A DNA stretch of 64,000 nucleotides from an uncultured Planctomycetia bacterium (GTDB lineage Bacteria; Omnitrophota; Gorgyraeia; Tantalellales; Tantalellaceae). How positions within the stretch are numbered: the stretch's first letter is position 1; each line of letters opens with the position of its first letter. Location: positions 64,083-128,082 of the forward strand of contig CAZGQR010000004.1 of NCBI GenBank assembly GCA_964527765.1, written 5' to 3'. The notes under the pieces are model-generated. The model was not told where the DNA came from, ran no database searches, and saw only the letters and a program-made list of their open reading frames with translations. Of this stretch, positions 28,591 to 37,925 are shown piece after piece. A program made the position numbers and the translations under genes.

Positions 28591-29600
28591 TAAGAATGAG
28601 CAAGGTTTTTATAATAGCCGAAGCGGGAGTTAACCATAACGGAAGCATTGAACTGGCGAAGTGCCTGGTGGATTCGGCTGCAGAAGCCGGAGCGGATGCC
28701 GTGAAGTTCCAGACGTTCAGAGCGGAGAAAATGACCAGCAAGTTCGCGCCCAAGGCCGCGTACCAGGAAGAAACGACTTCTGGGTCGGAATCCCAGCTTG
28801 ATATGCTAAAAAAACTGGAATTGGACTCGAACGCACATGTGGAGATCATCGAATACTGCAGGAAGAAAAGCATCATGTTCCTTTCGGCACCGTTTGATAT
28901 TGAAAGCGTGGATCTGCTCGATAAATTGGGGCTTGAAATGTTCAAGATCCCCTCAGGCGGTGTAACGGACCTTCCTTATTTGGAAAGGATAGGAAGCCTA
29001 GGGAAGAAGGTCATAATGTCGACCGGGATGGCGGATCTGAAAGAGATAGAAGAGGCACTGGACGTGCTTACAAGATCAGGAACTTCGAAAGAGGATATAA
29101 CCATTTTACATTGCAATACGGAATATCCGACGCCGGTCGAAGATACAAATTTGGCCGCCATGCTCACAATGAAAAAAGTTTTTAAGGCCAACGTCGGGTA
29201 CTCCGATCATACGACAGGCACGGAGGTTCCCATAGCGGCGGTAGCTCTGGGAGCGTCCATGATAGAGAAGCATTTTACGCTGGATAAGGGCATGGAAGGC
29301 CCCGACCACAGGATGTCATTGGAACCTCATGAGTTTAAGAGCATGGTCGAGGCTATAAGAAATATAGAAAAAGCCCTTGGTGACGGGAGAAAGAAGCCTT
29401 CCAAGTCCGAGGCCGGGAACAGGCGCATAGTCAGGAAGAGTATAGTGGCGGGGCGGGATATCAAAAAAGGGGAGATTTTTACCGAGGAAAACATAACGGC
29501 TAAAAGGCCGGGGTCGGGGATAAGCCCAATGCGTTGGCACGACGTGATCGGAAAAGTCGCAAAAAGGGATTTCAGGAAAGATGAGGTTCTGACGCTGTGA
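28587..29600 (+). CDS. NeuB-family nonulosonic acid synthase (NeuB/LegI-type) with C-terminal SAF domain
   Basis: FIIAEAGVNHNGSIELAKCLVDSAAEAGADAVKFQTF closely matches the NeuB/LegI N-terminus. C-terminal SAF (antifreeze-like) domain GRDIKKGEIFTEENITAKRPG. Confidence 0.85.
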   Translation: MIRMSKVFIIAEAGVNHNGSIELAKCLVDSAAEAGADAVKFQTFRAEKMTSKFAPKAAYQEETTSGSESQLDMLKKLELDSNAHVEIIEYCRKKSIMFLSAPFDIESVDLLDKLGLEMFKIPSGGVTDLPYLERIGSLGKKVIMSTGMADLKEIEEALDVLTRSGTSKEDITILHCNTEYPTPVEDTNLAAMLTMKKVFKANVGYSDHTTGTEVPIAAVALGASMIEKHFTLDKGMEGPDHRMSLEPHEFKSMVEAIRNIEKALGDGRKKPSKSEAGNRRIVRKSIVAGRDIKKGEIFTEENITAKRPGSGISPMRWHDVIGKVAKRDFRKDEVLTL

Positions 29601-30778
29601 AAAGAAAAGTCTGTGTTGTCACGGGTTCGAGAGCGGAATACGGGCTTTTGAAGCCGCTGTTGGCCGAGATTAAAAACGACGGAGAAATGGAACTGCAGTT
29701 GATAGTGACGGGCATGCATCTGTCTTCCGAGTTTGGATTAACCTTCCGTGATGCGGAAAAGGACGGTTTTCTTATTAAAGAAAAAATAGACATTCTTCTG
29801 GATTCAGATACTCCCGTCGGTATCGCGAGATCCATGGGGCTCGCGCTGAAAAGTTTTGCCGAAGGATACGAACGGCTGCAGCCGGATTGCGTTGTCGTTC
29901 TTGGCGATCGATTTGAGCTGTTCGGAGTCGTCGCAGCGGCTCTTGTAAGCAGGATACCCGTTGTCCATATACACGGAGGGGAGCTTACAGAAGGCGTTTT
30001 TGACGACGCCATCCGCCATTCAATAACCAAGATGAGCCACCTGCATTTTACATCGACCGAGGAATACAGAAAAAGAGTCATCCAGCTGGGTGAAGATCCG
30101 AAGCGGGTTTTTAACGTGGGGGCGTTAGGTATAGATAATGTAAAAAGATTAACTCTTGTGCCTAAAGAAGAGTTAGAGAAAGAATGGGTTTTCACGTTCG
30201 CCAAACATAATATTTTGGTCACATTTCACCCGGTCACTCTTGAGGACAATACGGCGCAGGAACAATTTCGGAACGTACTTGATGTGATGGACGGGATCCC
30301 CGATATGCATATTATTTTCACTAAAGCGAACGCCGACCCGGGCGGAAAGACCATTAACGGTATGATCGATGAATATGTGTCGAGGAACAGCCGTAAAGCT
30401 GTCGCGGTAACGTCCATGGGAACGGCGAAATACCTTTCAACGATGAAGCTTGTCGATGCCGTGGTCGGCAATTCATCCAGCGGCATTATCGAGGCCCCGA
30501 GTTTCAGGGTTCCTACCGTCAATATCGGCGATCGGCAAAAGGGGCGAGTCAGAGCAAAGAGCGTGATAGATTGCGAACCTACGAAAAAAGGGATAAAAAG
30601 GGCGATAGAAAGACTGTATTCCGAAGAATTCCAGAAAAGCCTTGAAAATGTGGTTAATCCATACGGTGACGGCAATACCGCGAAAAGGATCAAGGGTATC
30701 CTGAAGTCCAACGACCTGACCGGCATCGTGAAAAAGTCTTTTTATGATATGACTGGAGGGCGTAATGAGGTATTGTAA
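29597..30778 (+). CDS. UDP/GDP-N-acetylglucosamine 2-epimerase (hydrolysing), NeuC/LegG-type
   Basis: KVCVVTGSRAEYGLLKPLL...VVLGDRFELFGVVAAAL...HIHGGE is the NeuC-family signature. GTGA overlap with the upstream gene. Confidence 0.85.
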   Translation: MKRKVCVVTGSRAEYGLLKPLLAEIKNDGEMELQLIVTGMHLSSEFGLTFRDAEKDGFLIKEKIDILLDSDTPVGIARSMGLALKSFAEGYERLQPDCVVVLGDRFELFGVVAAALVSRIPVVHIHGGELTEGVFDDAIRHSITKMSHLHFTSTEEYRKRVIQLGEDPKRVFNVGALGIDNVKRLTLVPKEELEKEWVFTFAKHNILVTFHPVTLEDNTAQEQFRNVLDVMDGIPDMHIIFTKANADPGGKTINGMIDEYVSRNSRKAVAVTSMGTAKYLSTMKLVDAVVGNSSSGIIEAPSFRVPTVNIGDRQKGRVRAKSVIDCEPTKKGIKRAIERLYSEEFQKSLENVVNPYGDGNTAKRIKGILKSNDLTGIVKKSFYDMTGGRNEVL

Positions 30779-31892
30779 AAAATGTGTGATGCCGGATACC
30801 AGACCCGGAATCGTTTTTGACGAAAAAGGTGTTTGCCATCCCTGTAAAGTGACCGAAGAAAGAAAGAAGATCGACTGGGACGCAAGATTAAATGAATTGA
30901 GGAAGTTGTGCGATAAATACAGGGGGATAAACGGGGACTATTACGATTGTATTATCGCGGTGAGCGCGGGGAAAGACAGCCATTTTCAAGTATATGTCAT
31001 GAAGGAATTGATGGGGATGAATCCCCTTCTTGTCAATGTCTATAATTTCAGTTGGACTCAGACAGGGTTGCATAATTTTAATAACATAAGTGAGGCATTC
31101 GGGTGTGACATTATTTCGCTGCATCTCAACAGAAAAATCGCCAGGAAGATGCTTTGGAAAGCTCTTGTGAAGATGGGGTCGCCGACCTGGTACTGGGACA
31201 GGGCAGTTTATGCCTTTCCTTTAAGGGTCGGCATAAATTTTAATGTCCCTTTGATCGTATATGGCGAAAATATAAGCTATGAATACGGCGGCCCACAGGT
31301 GAAAGAGACATACAGCGCCAGGGAGCAGATCGATAATGATGTGGTAAAAAATGTGGATTGGGATTACTGGCTGGACGATGAAATAACAATGAAGGATCTG
31401 AATGGGGTCGTATATCCCGGCAAGGAGGAATCGGAAAAAGCGGGTCTGGAGCCCATATATCTCAGCTATTTCGTGAGATGGGACGGGCACAGGAACATGG
31501 AGATTGCGAAAAGGTATGGTTTCAAATCCCTGAAAGACACCGGCGAGTGGGATAGAAAAGGTTATATAGAAGATTACGACCAGATAGACGCCGTAGGTTA
31601 TCTCGTCCATCCGTGGTTGAAGTACCCCAAATACGGGCACGCACGCGCTACGGATGTCGCCTGTTACTGGATAAGGACGGGCCGTATCACAAGGGAGGAA
31701 GGGATAAAACTGGTGAAGGAACATGATCACGAGCTTGACGGAAAGGCCCTGAAGGATTTCCTTGATTTTGTGGGGCATACGGAAGAAGAATTCTGGCAGG
31801 CGGTGGAAAGGTTCTATAACAGGGATATCTTCGAAAAAGTAGAGGGCCGATGGATGCTAAAAGACCCTATTTACAAGGATTTGAAGGAGTGA
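30765..31892 (+). CDS. N-acetyl sugar amidotransferase (PseA/WbpG-like PP-loop family)
   Basis: MRYCKKCVMPDTRPGIVFDEKGVCHPC zinc-ribbon N-terminus followed by PP-loop IAVSAGKDSHFQ, as in PseA/WbpG acetamidino-forming enzymes. Confidence 0.75.
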   Translation: MRYCKKCVMPDTRPGIVFDEKGVCHPCKVTEERKKIDWDARLNELRKLCDKYRGINGDYYDCIIAVSAGKDSHFQVYVMKELMGMNPLLVNVYNFSWTQTGLHNFNNISEAFGCDIISLHLNRKIARKMLWKALVKMGSPTWYWDRAVYAFPLRVGINFNVPLIVYGENISYEYGGPQVKETYSAREQIDNDVVKNVDWDYWLDDEITMKDLNGVVYPGKEESEKAGLEPIYLSYFVRWDGHRNMEIAKRYGFKSLKDTGEWDRKGYIEDYDQIDAVGYLVHPWLKYPKYGHARATDVACYWIRTGRITREEGIKLVKEHDHELDGKALKDFLDFVGHTEEEFWQAVERFYNRDIFEKVEGRWMLKDPIYKDLKE

Positions 31893-31893
31893 T

Positions 31894-32961
31894 ATGAGGG
31901 ACATAGTTTCTAAGATAAGGATCTCTCCGGAGGCGTCGATAAAAGAAGCCCTGAAGAAGATTGATGAAGCGGGTCTGGCGATACTGTTTGTCTGCGGCAG
32001 AGACGGTTCTTTGCTGGGGTCGCTTACTGACGGCGATATAAGGAGAAAGGTCTTAAAAGGAGGGAACCTGCAGGAAAAGATCACCAATTGCTTTAACCGC
32101 AAGCCCGCCTTCGTCGTGGAAAACAATTATACCACGGAAGATGTAAAGGCACTCATGCTGGACAGGACGATCGAGGTCATTCCCGTGGTCGATAACATGA
32201 ACAGGATCGCGGATATACTGTTCTGGAAGGACTTGTTTGAAAAAGACAGCGTCTCCGGAAGAAAGATAAATGTCCCTTTGGTAATAATGGCCGGCGGAAA
32301 AGGGGAAAGGCTGGGCCCTTTCACCAAGATACTTCCCAAGCCCCTCATCCCCATAGGGGAAAAACCCATAATAGAGATAATCATAGACAAGTTCCGGCAG
32401 CACGGGGTGAAGCAGTTTTATATCACGCTGAATTATAAGGGCGAAATGATAAAAGCTTATTTCGAAAGCATTAAAAAGGAATGCTATATAGAATACGTCT
32501 GGGAAAAAGAATTTTTGGGGACAGCCGGCAGTTTAAAATTGATGCCTCTCCATTTAGAGGATACATTTATAGTATCTAACTGCGATATTATCGTGAATGC
32601 GAACTACGAGGATTTATTGAATTTCCATCAGGAGAACCAGAATGTATTGACCGCGATGGGGTCGATCCAGCATCATAGGATTCCTTATGGCGTCATTCAT
32701 TTCGAAAAAAAGGGGAAGGTGAAGAATATTCAGGAAAAGCCGGAATACGATCTCACGGTGAACACGGGAGTGTACGTGTTGTCTAAAAAAGTCTTTGATC
32801 TCATCCCCGAAAATGAATATTTCGACATGACGGATCTTATGCAGGTTCTTTTGGACAGGGGAGAGAATGTGGGGGTGTACCCCGTGTCCCAGAAGTCCTA
32901 TGTGGATATCGGACAATGGGAAGAGTATAAAAAAGCGATAGAAGACCTTGGGTTATTCTGA
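31894..32961 (+). CDS. CBS-pair domain fused to sugar-phosphate nucleotidyltransferase (PtmE-like)
   Basis: N-terminal CBS pair (about 120 aa) then MAGGKGERLGPFTKILPKPLIPIGEKPIIE nucleotidyltransferase G-loop. Same architecture as Campylobacter PtmE of the legionaminic acid pathway. Confidence 0.7.
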   Translation: MRDIVSKIRISPEASIKEALKKIDEAGLAILFVCGRDGSLLGSLTDGDIRRKVLKGGNLQEKITNCFNRKPAFVVENNYTTEDVKALMLDRTIEVIPVVDNMNRIADILFWKDLFEKDSVSGRKINVPLVIMAGGKGERLGPFTKILPKPLIPIGEKPIIEIIIDKFRQHGVKQFYITLNYKGEMIKAYFESIKKECYIEYVWEKEFLGTAGSLKLMPLHLEDTFIVSNCDIIVNANYEDLLNFHQENQNVLTAMGSIQHHRIPYGVIHFEKKGKVKNIQEKPEYDLTVNTGVYVLSKKVFDLIPENEYFDMTDLMQVLLDRGENVGVYPVSQKSYVDIGQWEEYKKAIEDLGLF

Positions 32962-32978
32962 CGGGGGGTGTCGTCGGT

Positions 32979-33674
32979 ATGTTTCAAAATAAAAAAATTC
33001 TGGCTTTGATTCCTGCCAGGGGCGGCAGTAAGGGGCTTTCGCGTAAGAATATAAAACTCTTATCCGGAAAACCATTGATCGCGTGGACGATAGAAAGAGC
33101 GAGAAACAGCAAGTATATTGACGAGATCGTTGTTTCTACGGACGATGAAGAAATAGCCGAAGTTTCCAAACAATACGGGGCGGAGATCCCCTTCTTGAGG
33201 CCCGAAGAATTGGCTACGGACGAAGCAAAAGGGGTGGATGTCGCTTTACACGCGGTTGAGCGGCTGAAAACTGATGGTAGGGTCTATGATTTATTGATAC
33301 TATTGCAGCCTACTTCTCCGCTTCGGGTGTCGGAAGATATTGATAAGGCAATAGAGCTGCTTTTTTCAAAAAGCGCAAAGGCTGTTGTTTCGGTGCATGA
33401 GATCAGGCACCATTCTTATAAAGCCAATAATTTGCCTGAAGATGGGTGCATGAAAGATTTTATCAGACCCGAAGCCATGAATAAAAATAGACAGGATTTA
33501 CCGGTCTTTTACGGGTTAAACGGTGCTATTTATTTAGCTTATTGTGATTACATGGAAAGGCAAAAAAGCTTTTTCGGGAATGAGACCTTTGCTTATATAA
33601 TGCCGCGGAAAAGATCAGTCGATATCGACGATGAAATAGATTTCAAGATGGCAGAGACCCTGCTGGAGTCGTGA
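32979..33674 (+). CDS. CMP-nonulosonic acid synthetase (acylneuraminate cytidylyltransferase family, NeuA/LegF-like)
   Basis: ILALIPARGGSKGLSRKNIKLLSGKPLIAWTIERA is the CTP_transf_3 N-terminal signature. Confidence 0.8.
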   Translation: MFQNKKILALIPARGGSKGLSRKNIKLLSGKPLIAWTIERARNSKYIDEIVVSTDDEEIAEVSKQYGAEIPFLRPEELATDEAKGVDVALHAVERLKTDGRVYDLLILLQPTSPLRVSEDIDKAIELLFSKSAKAVVSVHEIRHHSYKANNLPEDGCMKDFIRPEAMNKNRQDLPVFYGLNGAIYLAYCDYMERQKSFFGNETFAYIMPRKRSVDIDDEIDFKMAETLLES

Positions 33675-33709
33675 GTTTCTGGAAATAATAACATAAAGGA
33701 GAGAAAACA

Positions 33710-34726
33710 ATGTACGATTATTTAAACAACAAAACGGTTTTAATAACGGGTGGCACAGGGTCTTTCGGCAGGAAATGTACGGAACTGTTGCTGAAGAACG
33801 CTAAACTGCGCAAACTTATCATTCTAAGCCGTGATGAGCTGAAACAACACGATATGGCTCGCGTTTTTAACAGCAGTTTCTATGACACCAAGATAAGTTA
33901 TTATCTCGGCGACGTGCGGGACAGCCAGCGGCTGCACAGGGCGTTTCACGGCGTGGATTATGTCGTTCACGCGGCCGCGCTTAAACAGGTTCCCGCCGCA
34001 GAGTATAATCCGGACGAAGTAATTAAGACCAATGTTATGGGTGCTATAAACGTTGTAAATGCCGCTATAGACCAGGGGGTCAAAAAGGTTGTCGCGCTCA
34101 GTACGGATAAAGCGGTCAATCCCGCGAATCTGTATGGCGCGAGCAAGCTCTGTTCGGATAAATTATTTATTGCGGGCAACTCTTATGTTGGGGATGCCGG
34201 GACACATTTCAGTGTGGTGCGTTACGGAAATGTTATCGGATCCAGAGGAAGTGTTATCCCCGTATTTTTGGAAAAAAGGGAAAAAGGGGTTTTGCCGGTT
34301 ACCGACGAACGGATGACCAGGTTCTGGCTGACGATTGAAAACGGGGTTAATTTCGTTCTGCGGTGTTTAAAGGAGATGGAGGGTGGGGAGATTTTTATCC
34401 CTAAGATTCCCAGCATGAAGATTGCAGATCTGGCAAAAGCGATCGCCCCTGGTTGCAAGATTGAGAAGGTCGGGATAAGGCCCGGCGAGAAGATCGACGA
34501 ATGTTTGCTTACGGAAGACGAAGCAAGGTATGCGCTTGAATTTGAAGATTTTTTTGTGATTATTCCACAACGTCCATGGTGGAAGTCGGATAAGTGGGAA
34601 AACGGCAGAAAATTGCCCGATGGATTCAGATATGCCAGCAATACTAACGATCGCTGGTTAAGCGAAAACGAATTACAGGAGATGACCGGAGATTTGAATG
34701 GAACATATTTCTTACGGCAGGCATAG
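33710..34726 (+). CDS. pseB: UDP-N-acetylglucosamine 4,6-dehydratase (inverting), PseB/FlaA1
   Basis: KTVLITGGTGSFGRK...KLIILSRDELKQHDM is near-identical in pattern to PseB/CapD short-form enzymes. YxxxK present. Confidence 0.85.
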   Translation: MYDYLNNKTVLITGGTGSFGRKCTELLLKNAKLRKLIILSRDELKQHDMARVFNSSFYDTKISYYLGDVRDSQRLHRAFHGVDYVVHAAALKQVPAAEYNPDEVIKTNVMGAINVVNAAIDQGVKKVVALSTDKAVNPANLYGASKLCSDKLFIAGNSYVGDAGTHFSVVRYGNVIGSRGSVIPVFLEKREKGVLPVTDERMTRFWLTIENGVNFVLRCLKEMEGGEIFIPKIPSMKIADLAKAIAPGCKIEKVGIRPGEKIDECLLTEDEARYALEFEDFFVIIPQRPWWKSDKWENGRKLPDGFRYASNTNDRWLSENELQEMTGDLNGTYFLRQA

Positions 34727-35837
34727 CATCGATAAGAGCGATATAGACGGTGTGGTCAGGGCCTTAAAGTCGGATCGGATCACCCAGGGCCCCGCTGTGC
34801 CTGAGTTTGAAGCGGCCCTATGTCGGTATACAGGCGCTGAATATGCGGTGGCGGTTTCGAGCGGGACAGCTGCTTTGCATATCAGCTGTTTAGCCGCTGG
34901 CATAGGTAAAGGGGACAGGGTTATAACCTCGCCCATGACTTTTCTGGCGACAGCGAATTCCGTATTGTACTGCGGAGGAAAGCCGGTTTTTGCGGATGTC
35001 CATGAAGACACAGCGAACATCGATCCGGAAGAGATAAAAAAGAAGATAACAAAGAAAGTGAAAGCGATCATCCCGGTCCATTTCGCCGGGCATCCGGCCG
35101 ATTTAGAGGAGATCCGCAGTATCGCCGATAAACATGATTTAACGGTGATTGAAGATGCCTGTCACGCGCTGGGGGCGGAATATAAAGGTTCCCGGATAGG
35201 GGCCTGCAAGCATTCGGACATGACGGTTTTCAGTTTTCACCCGGTAAAACACATTACGACAGGTGAAGGGGGAGCTGTTACAACGAACCGCAAGGACCTG
35301 TATGAGAAACTTTTGATGCTGAGAAATCACGGGATAACCAGAGAAAAAGAAAAACTCGGTAGATGGGATGGTCCATGGTATTACGAACAGCAGATGCTCG
35401 GTTTTAATTATCGCATAAGCGATTTTCAGTGTGCCCTGGGGATCAGTCAGCTTCAAAGACTTGACACGTTTTTGAAGAGACGTAGAAGAATCGTTGATTA
35501 TTACAATAAGCAGTTTTCCAGCATCGATGGCCTTATATTGCCCGTGGAACGGCCGTATGTAAGATCTTCCTGGCATATATATTGTGTAAAATTCCGCAGA
35601 TATTCGCGAAGAAAAAAGATATTCGAGGGTTTACATAGGGCAGGCATCGGCGCTCAGATCCATTATATTCCCGTTCATTTGCAACCGTATTATCGCGGAA
35701 ATTTTGGATATAAAAGGGGGGATTACCCGAAAGCCGAAGAGCATTACCGTAAAACCACAACCATACCTCTTTACCCCAAAATGGAGGGGACAGAGAAGTG
35801 TCATGTAGCGAACATTTTAAGGACGTTATTGAAATGA
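34698..35837 (+). CDS. pseC: UDP-4-amino-4,6-dideoxy-N-acetyl-beta-L-altrosamine transaminase, PseC
   Basis: ISYGRHSIDKSDIDGVVRALKSDRITQGPAVPEFE matches the PseC N-terminus. DegT-family PLP lysine region. 29-nt overlap with pseB. Confidence 0.8.
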   Translation: MEHISYGRHSIDKSDIDGVVRALKSDRITQGPAVPEFEAALCRYTGAEYAVAVSSGTAALHISCLAAGIGKGDRVITSPMTFLATANSVLYCGGKPVFADVHEDTANIDPEEIKKKITKKVKAIIPVHFAGHPADLEEIRSIADKHDLTVIEDACHALGAEYKGSRIGACKHSDMTVFSFHPVKHITTGEGGAVTTNRKDLYEKLLMLRNHGITREKEKLGRWDGPWYYEQQMLGFNYRISDFQCALGISQLQRLDTFLKRRRRIVDYYNKQFSSIDGLILPVERPYVRSSWHIYCVKFRRYSRRKKIFEGLHRAGIGAQIHYIPVHLQPYYRGNFGYKRGDYPKAEEHYRKTTTIPLYPKMEGTEKCHVANILRTLLK

Positions 35838-37207
35838 AGATTTTGTTGATCAACCCGCCTATACGAGAATGGTCCAAGCCCAATGTTTTTCCTTTGGGAT
35901 TGGGATATATTGCGGCTGTATTGCTCAGGGACGGACATGATGTTGAGGTGCTGGATATAAATGCTTATCGGTTTGATAAAGAGGAAGTTGAAAACAGGAT
36001 CAGAGACCTTGATTTTGACATAGTCGGTATCGGCGGGATAGTGACAATATATGCGTATGTTAAATGGCTGACAGGGATGATAAAAAGATATCATCCCGGG
36101 AAGAAAGTCATTGTCGGCGGCAGTGTCGGTTCTTCCATTCCAAGGATCATGCTGGAAAAAAATCCCGTCGATGTCGTTTGTATTGGCGAGGGGGAGGAAA
36201 CGATCAGGGAGCTGGCCAGGGCGCTGGAAAATAACGGGGATCTATCAAAGATCAAAGGGATCTGGTACAGGGGGAATAAGGGTGAAGCATGTCAGAACGA
36301 AATACGCCCCCCTATTAAGGATTTGGATGAAATACCTTTGCCGGCATGGGATCTTTTCCCGATGGATATATATCTTAAAAATCCGGTAGGCGCGCCGAAC
36401 AGGAATAAGTGGATAGATGGTTCGGCGGATAATGAGGAAAGCCTTTCGATGAATGTATTTGCTACCAGGGGGTGTCCGTATCAATGCATTTACTGTTACC
36501 ATGATTTCATGGGGCAGGGGTATCGCACGCGTTCTCCGGAAAATATAATCAAGGAAATAAGAACCCTTTACGAACGGTACGGCGTTAAGTATTTTCATTT
36601 TATCGACGATGAATTGGTTTTGAATAAAAGTTTCATTTATGAGCTGTGCAGACGGTTTACGGCGCTCAGCAAAGAGACCGGGCGCAAGATAACCTGGGGA
36701 TGTGCCGGCAGGGTCAATCTTATGACGGAAGATCTGGTCTCCTCCATGGCTGATGCCGGTTGCGTTTTAATAGGTTACGGCATAGAAACGGGTAGCTTGA
36801 AAATGCTGGAATTAATCAAAAAAAACACGACAGTTGAGCAGGCAAAAGATGCCATACGCCTTACCAGAAAATATCTCGGATGGGCGGACACTTCATTCAT
36901 GATTGGTTATCCCGGCGAGACGCGGAGCACGGTTCAAGAGACAGTAGATTTTTGCAAAGAATTAGATTTAACGCCCGAAGTGATTTTTTTCATGACCCCT
37001 TATCCGGGGACAGAATTATATTCGATGGCCTTGAAACAGGGCAGGATCAAGGATGAAGAGAAATACTTGCTTGGATTGGGAGAGCAGGGCGAGAAAATCA
37101 GGGTTAATTTCACGGATTTTTCCGACAGTGAACTTTACCGGATCCAAGCGGAGATGATAGAGGAATTGAACGCGTGGAACAAAATAAAACATCCTGAAGC
37201 GAGGTGA
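35834..37207 (+). CDS. B12-binding domain radical SAM enzyme (class B-like)
   Basis: N-terminal cobalamin-binding-like region (MKILLINPP...GLGYIAAVL...VEVLDIN). CPYQCIYC CX3CX2C motif. Start placed at ATG 35834 (ATGA overlap with the pseC stop) rather than ORF-track 35798. Confidence 0.75.
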   Translation: MKILLINPPIREWSKPNVFPLGLGYIAAVLLRDGHDVEVLDINAYRFDKEEVENRIRDLDFDIVGIGGIVTIYAYVKWLTGMIKRYHPGKKVIVGGSVGSSIPRIMLEKNPVDVVCIGEGEETIRELARALENNGDLSKIKGIWYRGNKGEACQNEIRPPIKDLDEIPLPAWDLFPMDIYLKNPVGAPNRNKWIDGSADNEESLSMNVFATRGCPYQCIYCYHDFMGQGYRTRSPENIIKEIRTLYERYGVKYFHFIDDELVLNKSFIYELCRRFTALSKETGRKITWGCAGRVNLMTEDLVSSMADAGCVLIGYGIETGSLKMLELIKKNTTVEQAKDAIRLTRKYLGWADTSFMIGYPGETRSTVQETVDFCKELDLTPEVIFFMTPYPGTELYSMALKQGRIKDEEKYLLGLGEQGEKIRVNFTDFSDSELYRIQAEMIEELNAWNKIKHPEAR

Positions 37208-37211
37208 TTGA

Positions 37212-37925
37212 ATGAATATCGTTGGAATTATTCCCGCCAGAGGAGGAAGCAAAGGGATCAAAGGAAAGAACATTATTGATATCAACGGGAAACCTCTCAT
37301 CGGATATACGATAGAGGACGCATTATCTTCAAAGCTTATCAACAGGATCGTGGTTTCCACGGATAGCGATGAGATAGCAAGCGTTGTCTCAGGTATGTAC
37401 GATGTGGAGGTCATAAAAAGACCGTCTGCATTTGCCAGAGACGATTCTCCGATTGAAGAAGCTTTGCTGCATGTAGTCGAATATCTGGAACAGAAGGAAA
37501 AATATACCGTTGATCTCGTGGTATGGATGCAAGCCAACGTGCCCATAAGAAAAGAGGGAATAATCGACGAAGCTGTTGTCAGGCTTGTTAATTCCGATGC
37601 GGATTCCTGCGTGACATGTTATGAGGTGGATCAAATACCCGAGGTGATGAAGGTAATGAATGAAAAAGGGAGACTGGCACCCTTATTTGAGGATGTAAAA
37701 GGCATAAGAAGGCAGGAGTTCCCTAAAAAGTATTTACTTGATGGTTCGGTTGTCGCTTTAAGGGCGAAAAATCTTTTCCAGACCCGCGGGATAAGGAAAG
37801 CGCACATATATCTGGGCAGGGAAATCATCCCGCTTATTCAGGAAAAGAAGATGTATACGCTTGAAATTGACGTTCCGGAGGATATTTTGTCCGTGAAGTA
37901 TTATATGGAAAAGGTCGATCGATGA
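37212..37925 (+). CDS. pseF: CMP-pseudaminic acid synthetase-like cytidylyltransferase, PseF
   Basis: NIVGIIPARGGSKGIKGKNIIDINGKPLIGYTIEDA is the CTP_transf_3 signature. Position between pseC and pseG. Confidence 0.75.
   Translation: MNIVGIIPARGGSKGIKGKNIIDINGKPLIGYTIEDALSSKLINRIVVSTDSDEIASVVSGMYDVEVIKRPSAFARDDSPIEEALLHVVEYLEQKEKYTVDLVVWMQANVPIRKEGIIDEAVVRLVNSDADSCVTCYEVDQIPEVMKVMNEKGRLAPLFEDVKGIRRQEFPKKYLLDGSVVALRAKNLFQTRGIRKAHIYLGREIIPLIQEKKMYTLEIDVPEDILSVKYYMEKVDR

Noticed and set aside
28587-33674. Interpreting the first NeuB/NeuC/NeuA-like set as a simple N-acetylneuraminic acid (sialic acid) pathway
   Set aside because: The set is accompanied by a 4,6-dehydratase, an aminotransferase and a CBS-containing nucleotidyltransferase, which a NeuAc pathway does not need. 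The ensemble fits 5,7-diamino nonulosonic acid (Leg-type) synthesis better.
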